In this document: piece by piece, positions 1-17,340 of the stretch
How positions within the stretch are numbered: position 1 is the first letter of the stretch
Layout of the letters: every line of letters begins with the position of its first letter
NCBI GenBank assembly: GCA_964016885.1
Contig: OZ024742.1
Span: 161,448,001-161,512,000 of the forward strand
Source: Eledone cirrhosa
Taxonomy: Eukaryota
Direction: 5' to 3'
DNA length: 64,000 nt
Position numbers and translations under genes: made by a program
Notes under the pieces: model-generated
What the model was told of the DNA's origin: nothing
Databases searched by the model: none
What the model saw: only the letters and a program-made list of their open reading frames with translations

Positions 1-29
1 TACACATATACATATATATATATACACAT

Positions 30-77
<48 letters not shown>

Positions 78-85
78 ATATATAT

Positions 86-131
<46 letters not shown>

Positions 132-176
132 ATATATATAAATGAAAGGTATAGAAAACATTGTAGCAAAAAGCCA

Positions 177-210
<34 letters not shown>

Positions 211-237
211 ATATATATATATATATATATATTATAC

Positions 238-297
<60 letters not shown>

Positions 298-305
<8 letters not shown>

Positions 306-545
306 TTAAAAAATAATGAATAAAACAAAGAAACAGTTCCTTATATTAAACAAAAAAGTTCATATAAGGAACTGTTTCTTTGTTTTATTCATTATTTTTT
401 TAATATTTTATCTTGACTCTGTATTCCGTTTATCTTTCACCGAAAGTGATTTTTGAATGCATCTCTTCTTTCCATGATATCCGGATTACATTGAGTTCTT
501 CATACGGATTGGACACTACCGTAAACTTTTGGTAGATTTATCTAC
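298..545. mobile_element. Short fold-back insertion of PLE family A 3' end: minus arm ~298-362 without tail, plus arm ~362-545 with tail
   Basis: The two arms are reverse complements (aaaataatgaataaaacaaagaaacagttccttatat). Homologous to 1038-1240, 39381-39645 and 53531-53720. Confidence 0.8.
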
Positions 546-579
<34 letters not shown>

Positions 580-659
580 ATATATATATATATACATATA
601 TATATATTATATATATATACATATATATATATTATATATATATGTGTGTATATATATAC

Positions 660-708
<49 letters not shown>

Positions 709-755
709 TATACATATATAATATATTTATATATATATATTATATATTTATATAT

Positions 756-787
<32 letters not shown>

Positions 788-826
788 ATATTATATATAT
801 ATTATATATATATATTATATATATAT

Positions 827-860
<34 letters not shown>

Positions 861-911
861 ATATATATATATTATATATTTATATATATATATTATATAT
901 ATATTTATATA

Positions 912-2260
<1,349 letters not shown>

Positions 2261-2277
2261 CATATACATATATACAC

Positions 2278-2309
<32 letters not shown>

Positions 2310-2328
2310 ATATATACATACATTCACA

Positions 2329-2383
<55 letters not shown>

Positions 2384-2437
2384 CATAAATACACTCATGT
2401 ATATACACATATACACATACATACCCACACATAAATA

Positions 2438-2469
<32 letters not shown>

Positions 2470-2470
2470 C

Positions 2471-2518
<48 letters not shown>

Positions 2519-2579
2519 ACACACACATGTACACATGCACATATACACAAAGATATATATATATACACACACGTATATA

Positions 2580-2641
<62 letters not shown>

Positions 2642-2822
2642 ATATACATACATACATATATATACTCATACATAGACATACATATATACACACACACATA
2701 CATATACGCATATATACACATACATACACATCCATGTATGCGTATACACATAGAAACACAACCACACGCTCACACAACTCAGACATACAAAAATAAAGGG
2801 ATATACATACACATATATACAT

Positions 2823-3142
2823 ATATAAAATGTGTGTGCTGGTATGTAGATCATATAGATCTCTGTAAAAGTTTTCAGAATTAATGATATTTGTTTATTG
2901 AAAAAAAATAACAAAGATTTAATATAATAGGTCTGTTTGGGAACAGGTTTTGAATTGACCAATAGAAAGTGGTCAGGTTGATAGAATAGTAGTAGTAGAA
3001 ATTTTATTTAGGGGTAGAAGAATGCAGACTTCAGTTTTGAATGGAAAGAGTATTTTGAATGAAAAGATTACTTTGGGGATGAAAATAGGTCAAGCCGGTG
3101 AAAGGTACACGAAAAATTGATGTTATTAAAGAATAATGCTAA
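2823..3142 (-). mobile_element. Truncated PLE family A 3'UTR fragment
   Basis: Matches 53745-53790 and 54231-54505, with an internal deletion that removes most of the HHR. Confidence 0.75.
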
Positions 3143-4576
3143 ATGGGGACTTTATCGTGACGATGCATTATTTGTGATAAACTCTAGCAATAATAACATT
3201 GAGCATAATAGGAAGAAACTATATAAATTTTTTTTAAATGTTAACCTTTCGATCACGATTGATAAGAATAATAGAGCAGTCAACTTTTTAGATATGACAT
3301 TAGACTTGGTCACTAATAGTTATAAACCCTTCCACGAGCCTAATGAGACACTCTCTTACGTTAATCCCAATTCCAACCACCCTAAATCTATGATTAGTTC
3401 TATAATTAATGGTGTATCTAATAGAATCGCCACACTCTCTAAGGATATAGGAATCTTTAATTCACATGCAGAGTATTATAATAACGCCCTAGCTAACTCA
3501 GGTTACTCTGGTAAAATACATTATAAGGAGGACAACCTTGAAATGACTCCGATTAACCATAATAACGTAATATCCCATAATATGGCCTTGAGTGGGAGTA
3601 GAAAACATAGGAATCATAGAAATATTATAGATATATCTAAGTTTAGCTACCGAAATAGTAGTCGGATTAGTGAGTCTAATGGTACGCATATCGAGATCAG
3701 TTCTAGGGAGCAAGATAGGCGCTCTGAACGTTCACCCAGTGGTAATGTTTTAACTGCTTCTAATAGTGTTAATTCAACTGATCCTCATATTAACCCTGAT
3801 CCTATTAATAGGATACCAGATTACGGTAGAGATAGTAAAGGTAGGAATAGGAGGAGACTCAATACTTACTTTAACCCGCCTTTTGATCATGAAGTATTAA
3901 CTAATATCCCTAGGTCTTTCTTTTCTATCTTAGAGAAAAATTTCCCTCCTACTAATAAATATCATGGTATATTTAATAAAAACGTAATTAAACTCTCCTT
4001 CTCTACCACCCCTAACATTAATTCTCATCTAGCTAGCACTAACAATAGGAAAATTAGGGATAGCTACTCCTCTTTGCGTACTGCTAATCTGGATAGCTCT
4101 ATTGATAACTTACCACCCGGAAGTGTAACTGTAGAGTAAGTAATAACTGCCCTTTAAATGGTCACTGCCTCTCTAGGAACATTGTTTATGCTTGTGAAGT
4201 TAGGACTAATTCTTCTTGTAGCACATATATAGGCTCCACATCTAATACTTTTAAAACTAGGTTTAATTCACATATTTCTAATTTTAAGCATATCAAGTTT
4301 AAGAATTCTACTTCTTTGGCACACCATATCTGGGATTTAAAAGGGGCTGGTATACCATATAGCGTAAATTGGCGAATAGTAGCACACTCTAATCACCTAT
4401 CAACATACACTAAATTCTGTAATCTTTGTATCCTAGAGACCCATTCTATAATTTTCTCTAGGAGCATATTGCTTAATAGAAAATCTGAGATATTTTCTTC
4501 CTGTCCGCATGCCATTTCTAATTCTTTCTTCTATTATAGACCTAAAAGTTCCGGTAGTTTAAACCGTATCCATTAG
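3143..4576 (+). pseudogene. PLE P1: 5'-truncated RT (GLYRDD..VNFLD..HP) plus GIY-YIG endonuclease, frameshift near 4120
   Basis: The ORF shows GLYRDDALF, VNFLDMTLD, SNHP and FNPPF. The shifted frame gives CNCRVSNNCPLNGHC..NIVY..YIGST..CNLCILE..CPH. Confidence 0.92.
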
Positions 4577-6479
<1,903 letters not shown>

Positions 6480-6556
6480 ATATATTATATATATATATAT
6501 AAATATATATTATATATATATATATATAAATTATATATACATATATATATATTATA

Positions 6557-6599
<43 letters not shown>

Positions 6600-6609
6600 A
6601 TTATGTATA

Positions 6610-6653
<44 letters not shown>

Positions 6654-6683
6654 ATATATATTATATTATATATATATATATAT

Positions 6684-6715
<32 letters not shown>

Positions 6716-6749
6716 ATATATTATATATATATATATATTATATATATAT

Positions 6750-6781
<32 letters not shown>

Positions 6782-6821
6782 ATATATTATATATATATAT
6801 ATGTATTATATATATATATAC

Positions 6822-6874
<53 letters not shown>

Positions 6875-6891
6875 TATATATATAATATATA

Positions 6892-6941
<50 letters not shown>

Positions 6942-7000
6942 TATATATATAATATATATGTATATATATATATTATATATATATATGTATATATATATAT

Positions 7001-7067
<67 letters not shown>

Positions 7068-7268
7068 TATCTATTATATATATATATATATTATATATAT
7101 TATATATATTATATATATTATATATATATATTATATATATTATATATATAGATGTTATATATATATATATATATTATATATATATATTATATATATATAT
7201 ATTATATATATATATATATATTATATATATTTTATATATACATATATATATTATATATATATATATAT

Positions 7269-8082
7269 TAACCCACTCGATATGCAAATTGGGCTACTCA
7301 GCCGTTAACATGCATAAGGTAGTATATACGTTCAACAATCTGGCAGGAAGGTATACGTTGCTGACGATAGCTAATAAGCTTGAAACTAGTACAGCGTTCC
7401 TTTGTCAGTGTTGAACAAACGAGCAACGATGGTTGCTGGACACTACGGCTTAATACGGGATGTTTGTTTACAAACACACCGCGCATTATAATAAATGTTC
7501 GGTGAATACATACGTACATATATATGTGTGCATGTATGTATATATATATACATACTACTGTACGTCTGTAAACATATATGTATGTACGTGTATATACTTA
7601 TATTTAAGTAACAGCCGTACTAAGAGTGGGAAATGAAATTTGATTTCATTTTTTTCCGTTTATCGTTTACGCTGCACCCGGCCGATTAACCCACTCGATA
7701 TGCAAATTGGGCTACTTAGCCGTTAACATGCATAAGGTAAGTATATACGTGCAACAATCTGGCAGGAAGGTATCCGTTGTTGGCGATAGCTAATAAGCTT
7801 GAAACTAGTACAGCGTTCCTTTGTCAGTGTTGAACAAACGAGCAACGATGGTTGCTGGACACTACGGCTTAATACGGATCTTTGTTTACAAACACACCGA
7901 GCATTATAATAAATGTTCGGTGAATCCATACGTACATATATATGTGTGCATGTTTGTATATATATATATAGAGATACTACTGTACGTCTGTATACATATA
8001 TGTATGTACGTGTACATACTTATATTTAAGTAACAGCCGTACTAAGAGTGGGAAATGAAATTTCGTTTCATTTTTTTCCGTT
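7269..8082 (+). mobile_element. Retrozyme-like tandem repeat, 418-bp unit, ~1.9 copies
   Basis: Unit starts at 7271 and 7689. HHR at 7355-7397; the second copy's core is decayed to TTGGCGA. Octamer ATGCAAAT at 7282 and 7700. Confidence 0.8.
7355..7397 (+). ncRNA. Type I hammerhead ribozyme (418-bp unit)
   Basis: ACGTTG CTGACGA TAGCT aata AGCTT GAAA CTAG TA CAGCGT; palindromic stem III ACTAGT. Confidence 0.87.
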
Positions 8083-8199
8083 TATATATATATATATACA
8101 TATACATATATACATACATATATATACACATATACATATATATATATATACATATATACATATACATGTACATATATACATATACATATATATAATATA

Positions 8200-8524
<325 letters not shown>

Positions 8525-8642
8525 ACTTATACACATATACATATATATATATGTATATATATATGTATATATATATATATACACATATGCATATATATAT
8601 ATGTATATATACACATATACATATAAATATACACATACACAT

Positions 8643-9228
8643 GTAGATAAATCTATAAATTGCGTTTCCTGGATTGTGAAAATGGTGGTGTATGCGAGGA
8701 TCGTGGCGTTGATTTGCTTCTCATTTTTAATATTTTTGATATTTCTCTACACACAGGCTTCTATATCATTCATATATAAAAAATACTTTACCAATACAAC
8801 CCCCATAATACTCTTGATTGCCCGCTTAAACTGCTTGTATTACATATAACACCCTGCCGCACTATAATTTTATATAAATAAGACACACATGCATGCCCCA
8901 CGTGTAACTATTGCATATACAAACTACTTCAAACTATCCTCTTGCCCTATCTTCGTAAACTGCCAATGTTGTAATTTAACTTTCATTTTGTCCTTTAATA
9001 TGACTTTAATCTTTGTATGTAAATTGCCATGCTATATTATTATAATGGATGTCAACCCACTGTACATCAATATATACATATGTTTCTATATGTCTCTTGT
9101 GTTGGAAAGGAGGTCAAGTATATAAAAAAATCATTGAAAAATTGCTCCGAAGACTCGAAACCTCGGTTTGGAAGAAACAATTGTAAGCGAATAAATGGTT
9201 TAAACAGAACTTTGATTCATATAATTTC
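8643..9228 (+). mobile_element. PLE family D pLTR with HHR-like motif at 9142-9190
   Basis: Homologous to 35180-35540 and, as reverse complement, to 31480-31640. Motif reads TTGCT CCGAAGA C TCGAAACC tc GGTTTGGA A GAAA CAATTG TA AGCGA ATAAA. Confidence 0.75.
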
Positions 9229-9311
9229 TATATACACATATACATATATATATATATGTATATACACACATATACATATACATATATATGTATATACACA
9301 CATATTTCTAT

Positions 9312-10178
9312 ATACATTCATTTAATTTATTAATTTATTAATTTATTGATATTTTATTTGAGTGACCCGAATCTTCCTGGTCGTTCTTTTTCGGCTACAC
9401 GGGTGATTTTAGGCATGATCTCTATGTGTTGGTAATTTAACGATGGTTATAGCTCTGATTTATCCAAATTATTGAGCCCTCTGCCACACATGTCGGATAT
9501 TGTTTATCGTGATTTCGTGGGCCGATATTCCGATTCTCGATTATTCTACTATATTTAGCTCTAGACCTTAGCTATTGACCAGTTAATTTTATTGATTATT
9601 TTTTTGTCGATCTTATTGACTGATGAATAGCTCCTGTTTATTTTAACACGTCTGTTGAGCACTCTGATTCGATATGTGATATTTTGTATTCTTACATAAT
9701 TTGCACATCACCGAATTCTTTCGCTAATATAGAGGTTATCTCCCTTGCTGAGTACCATGTGCGGTCTTGGCTATAGGTCCCCTCTTTATTGCCGGACGAA
9801 ATCCCGTTGAGAAAGCTGTTCCGCGTCCACCCCTTCTCTAGAAGTCTTATATATTTTTTATGTGGGCTGATAGTGATTGGATTAAGGAATTGCAGAAACC
9901 CAAGAAGCTAGATTTAACACCCTTCTGGCGGGTCCGGGTGAGTTTTTTACATTCATTTAATTTATTAATTTATTGATATTTTATTTGAGTGACCCAAATC
10001 TTCCTGGTCGTTCTTTTTCGGCTGCACGGGTGATTTTAGGCATGATCTCTATGTGTTGGTAATTTAACGATGGTTATAGCTCTGATTTATCCAAATTATT
10101 GAGCCCTCTGCCACACATGTCGGATATTGTTTATCGTGATTTCGTGGGCCGATATTCCGATTCTCAATTATTCTACTA
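9312..10178. repeat. Unclassified ~635-bp unit, ~1.3 tandem copies, flanked by microsatellite
   Basis: 9313-9552 is repeated at ~9948-10178. No convincing HHR or ORF found. Confidence 0.7.
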
Positions 10179-10291
10179 TATATATAATATATATATATAT
10201 GTATATAAATATAATATATATATATGTATATATATATATAATATATATATATATGTATATATATATATTATATATATATATGTATATATAT

Positions 10292-12834
10292 ATTAAGTTA
10301 AAAATGTACATCCACATATGTATACTGAAATACTAGTATGCATATGAATACACACACGTATACATATGTAGATGTACCAAGTTTTTCACTGGTCACTTTA
10401 CTGTGAGTGTCCAGCTATTCTGTATGTAAACACACAGACAAACCGGTTTTTAGAGTCATACTGGTTTTTGAGGAAACACCTTTCCTCTATTCTCCAGAAA
10501 GCCAGACAAGGAATATTGAACTAGTTTCGTTGTTGTTACAACTCATCAGCAATATTTACCTATCTTCCGGCCTTTCTGGAGAATCGTAAAAGCACATATC
10601 GTTATATGCTTTTTCTATGAAAATTAGTAGTGGGCAGACTAATTTGCATAGAGTGTGAGTACGTAGCGGTTCAACGGAGACGATAAAAACAAATAACGAA
10701 ACGAAATTAAATTTCGTTTCGTTTGTAACTCACTTTGTATGACTGACGCTTAAACAATTAAGTTAAAAATGTACATCCACATATGTATACTGAAATACTA
10801 GTATGCATATGAATACACACACGTATACATATGTAGATGTACCAAGTTTTTCACTGGTCACTTTACTGTGAGTGTCCAGCTATTCTGTATGTAAACACAC
10901 AGACAAACCGGTTTTTAGAGTCATACTGGTTTTTGAGGAAACACCTTTCCTCTATTCTCCAGAAAGCCAGACAAGGAATATTGAACTAGTTTCGTTGTTG
11001 TTACAACTCATCAGCAATATTTACCTATCTTCCGGCCTTTCTGGAGAATCGTAAAAGCACATATCGTTATATGCTTTTTCTATGAAAATTAGTAGTGGGC
11101 AGACCAATTTGCATAGAGTGTGAGTACGTACCGGTTCAACGGAGACGATAAAAACAAATAACGAAACGAAATTAAATTTCGTTTCGTTTGTAACTCACTT
11201 TTGTATGACTGACGCTTAAACAATTAAGTTAAAAATGTACATCCACATATGTATACTGAAATACTAGTATGCATATGAATACACACACGTATACATATGT
11301 AGATGTACCAAGTTTTTCACTGGTCACTTTACTGTGAGTGTCCAGCTATTCTGTATGTAAACACACAGACAAACCGGTTTTAGAGTCATACTGTTTTTTG
11401 AGGAAACACCTTTCTTCTATTCTCCAGAAAGCCAGACAAGGAATATTGAACTAGTTTCGTTGTTGTTACAACTCATCAGCAATATTTACCTATCTTCCGG
11501 CCTTTCTGGAAAATCGTAAAAGCACATATCGTTATATGCTTTTTCTATGAAAATTAGTAGTGGGCAGACTAATTTGCATAGAGTGTGAGTACGAACCGGT
11601 TCAACGGAGACGATAAAAACAAATAACGAAACGAAATTAAATTTCGTTTCGTTTGTAACTCACTTTTGTATGACTGACGCTTAAACAATGTGTGTTTACA
11701 TACAGAATAGCTCGGTGCTCACAGTAAAGCAACCAGTGAAAGACTTGTTACACCTACATATGTATACGTGTGTGTATACACACTAGTATTTCAGTATGCA
11801 TATGTAGATGTACATCTTTGACTTAATTGTTTAAGCGTCAGTCATACAAAAGTGAGTTACAAACGAAACGAAATTTAATTTCGTTTCGTTATTTGTTTTT
11901 ATCGTCTCCGCTGAACCGGTGCGTACTCACACTCTATGCAAATTAGTCTGCCCACTACTAATTTTCATAGAAAAAGCATATAACGATATGTGCTTTTACA
12001 ATTCTCCAGAAGGGCCGGTAGATAGGTAAATATTGCTGATGAGTTGTAACAACAACGAAACTAGTTCAATATTCCTTGTCTGGCTTTCTGGAGAATAGAG
12101 GAAAGGTGTTTCCTCAAAAACCAGTATGACTCTAAAAACCGGTTTGTCTGTGTGTTTACATACAGAATAGCTGGACACTCACAGTAAAGTGACCAGTGAA
12201 AAACTTGGTACATCTACATATGTATACGTGTGTGTATTCATATGCATACTAGTATTTCAGTATACATATGTGGATGTACATTTTTAACTTAATTGTTTAA
12301 GCGTCAGTCATACAAAAGTGAGTTACAAACGAAACGAAATTTAATTTCGTTTCGTTATTTGTTTTTATCGTCTCCGTTGAACCGGTACGTACTCACACTC
12401 TATGCAAATTAGTCTGCCCACTACTAATTTTCATAGAAAAAGCATATAACGATATGTGCTTTTACGATTCTCCAGAAAGGCCGGAAGATAGGTAAATATT
12501 GCTGATGAGTTGTAACAACAACGAAACTAGTTCAATATTCCTTGTCTGGCTTTCTGGAGAATAGAGGAAAGGTGTTTCCTCAAAAACCAGTATGACTCTA
12601 AAAACCGGTTTGTCTGTGTGTTTACATACAGAATAGCTGGACACTCACAGTAAAGTGACCAGTGAAAAACTTGGTACATCTACATATGTATACGTGTGTG
12701 TATTCATATATGCATATTAGTATTTCAGTATACATATGTGGATGTACATTTTTAACTTAATTGTTTAAGCGTCAGTCATACAAAAGTGAGTTACAAACGA
12801 AACGAAATTTAATTTCGTTTCGTTATTTGTTTTT
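10292..12834. mobile_element. Retrozyme-like array, 465/466-bp unit: 3 copies minus and ~2.4 copies plus, inversion junction at ~11689
   Basis: HHRs at 10512-10556, 10977-11021 and 11442-11486 (minus) and 12029-12073, 12495-12539 (plus): AATATTG CTGATGA GTTGT aaca ACAAC GAAA CTAG TT CAATATT. Confidence 0.9.
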
Positions 12835-12841
12835 GTATATA

Positions 12842-12890
<49 letters not shown>

Positions 12891-12930
12891 TTATATATAT
12901 ATATTATATATATATTTATATATATATATA

Positions 12931-13004
<74 letters not shown>

Positions 13005-13036
13005 TATATAAATATATATATAATATATATATATAA

Positions 13037-13182
<146 letters not shown>

Positions 13183-13199
13183 TATATATATATAATATA

Positions 13200-13690
13200 T
13201 AAAGAATGAATAATAACAGGTAGACATCATAAAAAGGTAATTTATTCCGTGTGCTTACAAGTGTTTCCACGGTGGTACTACAACCTAGTTCCGCTACGTG
13301 CAAATTCCCAAGTACTTGCAGAACTCGAATATCCAATGCTGTGACCACTGTTTCCTCAGAGCAGAATGGTAAATGTACAATGTAAATACCCTTAAGTGGG
13401 GTTGTTGGGCGAAGATAGAGTAGAATAGGAAGAGAGAAAAGTAGGGAAGAGGTAGAGGGAAAGAAAGATATGCAGGGGTTGGAGAAGTAGGAGAGAGTGG
13501 CTTGTAGATATCTTAATCAAAATGTTATGGTAGGTGTTTTATTATACTGGTTACTTTTGGAGAGATGCGTTGATAGTTAAGGTCGGAATTATTTATTGCC
13601 CCAGAGGGCAGGTTCATAGATGTTGAGAGGGAAGTAGGTCAAAGGTGAGAGAGAGAGAGTGTAATGGATGTAGAGAGAGATAGGTAGAGA
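13200..13690 (-). mobile_element. Inverted pLTR/3'UTR of PLE P2, with HHR at 13252-13363
   Basis: Minus strand reads TGCT CTGAGGA aACAGTGGT..ACCACCGTg GAAA CACTTG TA AGCA. 13200-13260 is the reverse complement of 14406-14466. Confidence 0.78.
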
Positions 13691-14323
13691 GGGGACAGAT
13701 TAATCAACAAACACTTCCCTAGTTCCCATAAATACAGCAAAATTCTGAACTCTAAAACTATTAGACTATCATACTCCACGGCACCAAACCATGAAGCATA
13801 CATAAAAAAACTTAACTTAAGGCAATTAAACAACTCTACAAAACAGAACATTTTAGTAACAGATGGGCAGAACGCAATATCTGCCTCCCAACCACTAAAT
13901 GGGAGACGGGTATTACACAACCCACCTGTACCGCTATCACAACCTATCCATGGTATACCCGCTACCCACAACAAAGAATGTAACTGCCATCTACCTGAAA
14001 GATGTCCATTGCAGAATGAATGCCTAAAGTCCAACATTGTTTACCAATGCACGGTTGAATCGAACGACCAGAAATGGTATTATATCGGATCTACCACCAC
14101 ATCGTTTAAATCTCGCTGGTACCGTCATCGATTCTCAATCAAACATCCGAATCACCGTTTTGTGACCACGCTCGCCAACAAGACCTGGCAACTCCGTGAA
14201 CACAACCAACAGTTCACCTTAAAATGGGATATACTTTCCAGCGCAAGTGCATATAGGAGTGGATTGAAGTACTGCAGGTTATGTAACCTTGAGCTATTTT
14301 ACATATTAAAATCCCAAAACAAA
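13691..14323 (+). pseudogene. PLE P2: linker plus GIY-YIG fragment
   Basis: HFPSSHKYSKILNSKTIRLSYST..CNCHLPERCPLQNECLKSNIVY..YYIGST..FKSRWYRH..CRLCNLE. Confidence 0.88.
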
Positions 14324-14602
14324 CTATTTCAATCCACTCCTATATGCACTTGCGTTGGAAAGTATATCCCATTTTAAGGTGAACTGTTGGTTGTGATCAC
14401 GGAGTTGTAAGCACACGGAATAAATTACCTTTTTATGATGTCTACCTGTTATTATTCATTCTTTATATACACTCCGGAATACTGAAGGATCAGGAACTAA
14501 GTTTCTTGAACAATTCTTCCATAACTCGTAGAGTAACCTCTTACCGTACGTCAACCATATCCAGTGTGTAGTAATTAACCATTACTACATCTTGGATAAT
14601 CC

Positions 14603-14711
<109 letters not shown>

Positions 14712-14890
14712 TTATATATATATTATATATATATTATATATATATATAATATATATATATATCATATATATATATTATATATATTATATATATATAATAT
14801 ATATATTATATATATATATTATATATATTATATATATAGATATTATATATATATATATTATATATATATATATTATAAATATATAATTAT

Positions 14891-15030
<140 letters not shown>

Positions 15031-15051
15031 ATATTATATATATATATATAT

Positions 15052-15094
<43 letters not shown>

Positions 15095-15226
15095 AAATCC
15101 TGGTGTATTTATTGACGTTGGATTTTAAAAGCAAAAATGCAATCTATATGAAAGTGAGGCTGGAAAAGGAAGTAAGAAAGGAAAAATAAAATAAAAACAC
15201 ACATGCAAACGCACACACACACACAC

Positions 15227-15287
<61 letters not shown>

Positions 15288-15428
15288 CACACATACATAC
15301 ACACATATTCACACACACACACACACATATATATGTGTATATATATACATACACATACATATACACATACATACATACACATAACTATATACAACCACAC
15401 ACACATGTATATATATATATATATATAT

Positions 15429-16011
15429 AAACAAGGTTTAGTAAATAATGAAAAAGTTTCAAAATAAATTTTAAAAAATTGACTTTACCTACTATAGTTA
15501 CCTTTACCGATCGGTTTCGAATCCCAAAAATAAAACGGAGACCATACGGCCTTCGTTGCAAAGAAAGATTCTCGTCAGAAGGTTCTTTTAATTCAAAGAA
15601 TATAAAATTCCTGAATTTAAATCACAAACTACCGCTATCAAAAACTGTTCCTGCGATGAGAGTGGATGATGTAGAACAGGTTTATCAAGGGCCGTAGCAA
15701 AGATAGAGGCAAAAGGAGGTAGGTCAAACTAGCCACAGCTTTGCTAGCAGCAGTCAGAATGACCAAGTTTGTTCTCAACGTTAGTGGAGGTAGTAGTAAT
15801 ATGAAATACGTTCCTTCACGCACAAGGCGCCAAGGTACGCATGTATTGTCCAACCAAATGCCAGTGTGGTTCAATGGCGGGTTAATAAATTAACGAGCCA
15901 GAACAAATATAAACAAGGTTTAGTAAATAATGAAAAAGTTTCAAAATAAATTTTAAAAAATTAACTTTACCTACTATAGTTACCTTTACCGATCGGTTTC
16001 GAATCCCAAAA
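15429..16011 (-). mobile_element. Retrozyme-like tandem repeat, 482-bp unit, ~1.2 copies (family E)
   Basis: Unit starts at 15429 and 15911. HHR at 15500-15583 (minus): ACCTT CTGACGA GAATCT..GGGATTC GAAA CCGATCGG TA AAGGT. Confidence 0.82.
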
Positions 16012-17340
16012 ATTGAATTGGCAGTGAAAAAATTGTACACAGAGAGAAAGAAAGAGAGAAAAAAGAGAGAAAAAAGGAAAGAAAGACAGAAAACGAAGAA
16101 AAAGAAGAAAAAGAAGAAATGCATGGAACAAAATAGAGAGATGGAAAGATAGATAAAGAGAAGAACTTCATGTAAAGAAACAGAGAGAGATATATATATA
16201 TAGAGAGAGAGGAAATAGAGATAGATACATATATATAGAAAACTAGGTAGTGGGACGTCTGTTGAGTAAACGTATCAATGATACATTTATTTATTTATTT
16301 ATTTATTTATTTAGCTCTAGTATTAATGTAAGGGAGATATATGGAGAGAAACCAGCTGTTATATATAGAGAGAAAAAATATAGAGAGAGAAAAAATATAG
16401 AGAGAGAAAAAATTTAAAAATAACCAGACATAGGCGAGGCGTAAAAACCCTATGTTTTAATGTAGAGGTATTAGTATTTATAAAAACCAGCCACTATATT
16501 GTAAATATCAGTATTCCTGAATGAGACATGTATCCATAAAGTGTGAAAATTAATGATCTTATGTTTAGTTTTTTAAAAAATTCATATGTTTATGTGATAA
16601 CTACAAACATCTATGTGAATTTACATGATCAACTTTGCAAACCCTAAGTTCACGGAAAACATTCTCATTGTGGTATAAAAATTTAAGTATACATATAGGC
16701 GTATATATATACACACAAATATATATAGAGTCAATATTACTATTCCTGTCTTTACTCTACAAGATTATCTATCAAGCAGAAATAGAGAGCAGATTTCAAT
16801 ATACTAATAAAAATATATATCAGAAACAAAACTAAAAAATAACAATAATAATAATAAGTAATAATAAAATAGAAAACTAAAAAATATTACGAAAGAATAT
16901 TACATATTAAAAATATTACATATTAAAAATATTAAAAATAAAAATATTAGAAAATACTACAATAATAAAAATAAAAATAAACCACAAAGATCAACCCTTC
17001 AAAATTAATTGACAATATATTGCCAAGTTCATTATAAGCATCAGAGTCGCAAAACAGATAAAGCCAAAAATTATCTATCAAATCGCATCTAGCAAAGATC
17101 ATTTCAAAAAGTTTAGGATGCCCATTTGGTCTACATGTGTTCTTATATTTAATATAGAAGTTTATCTAGTGTAACGTTTATTCGAAATATTTGGAGCATC
17201 AACTTTTAGGGTAGCTTAATTTTTCATGAAGAATGTTTAAATAAAAATAAAAATAAAAATAAAAAGAATAAAAAGAAGGAATCAAAGATTTATCGGCTAG
17301 TTTCCCATATAATTATAAATCAAACTAAATTCTTGACAGG

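Noticed and set aside
10407-12644. Repeated 60-aa ORF MSSYSVCKHTDK
   Set aside because: GTG start, antisense to the HHR, and frameshifted in the third unit; the identity only reflects the DNA repeat.
15479-15697. 72-aa ORF MTLPTIVTF, present in both family E copies
   Set aside because: TTG start, antisense to the HHR and no recognisable domain. The two copies are too similar for the shared ORF to mean anything.
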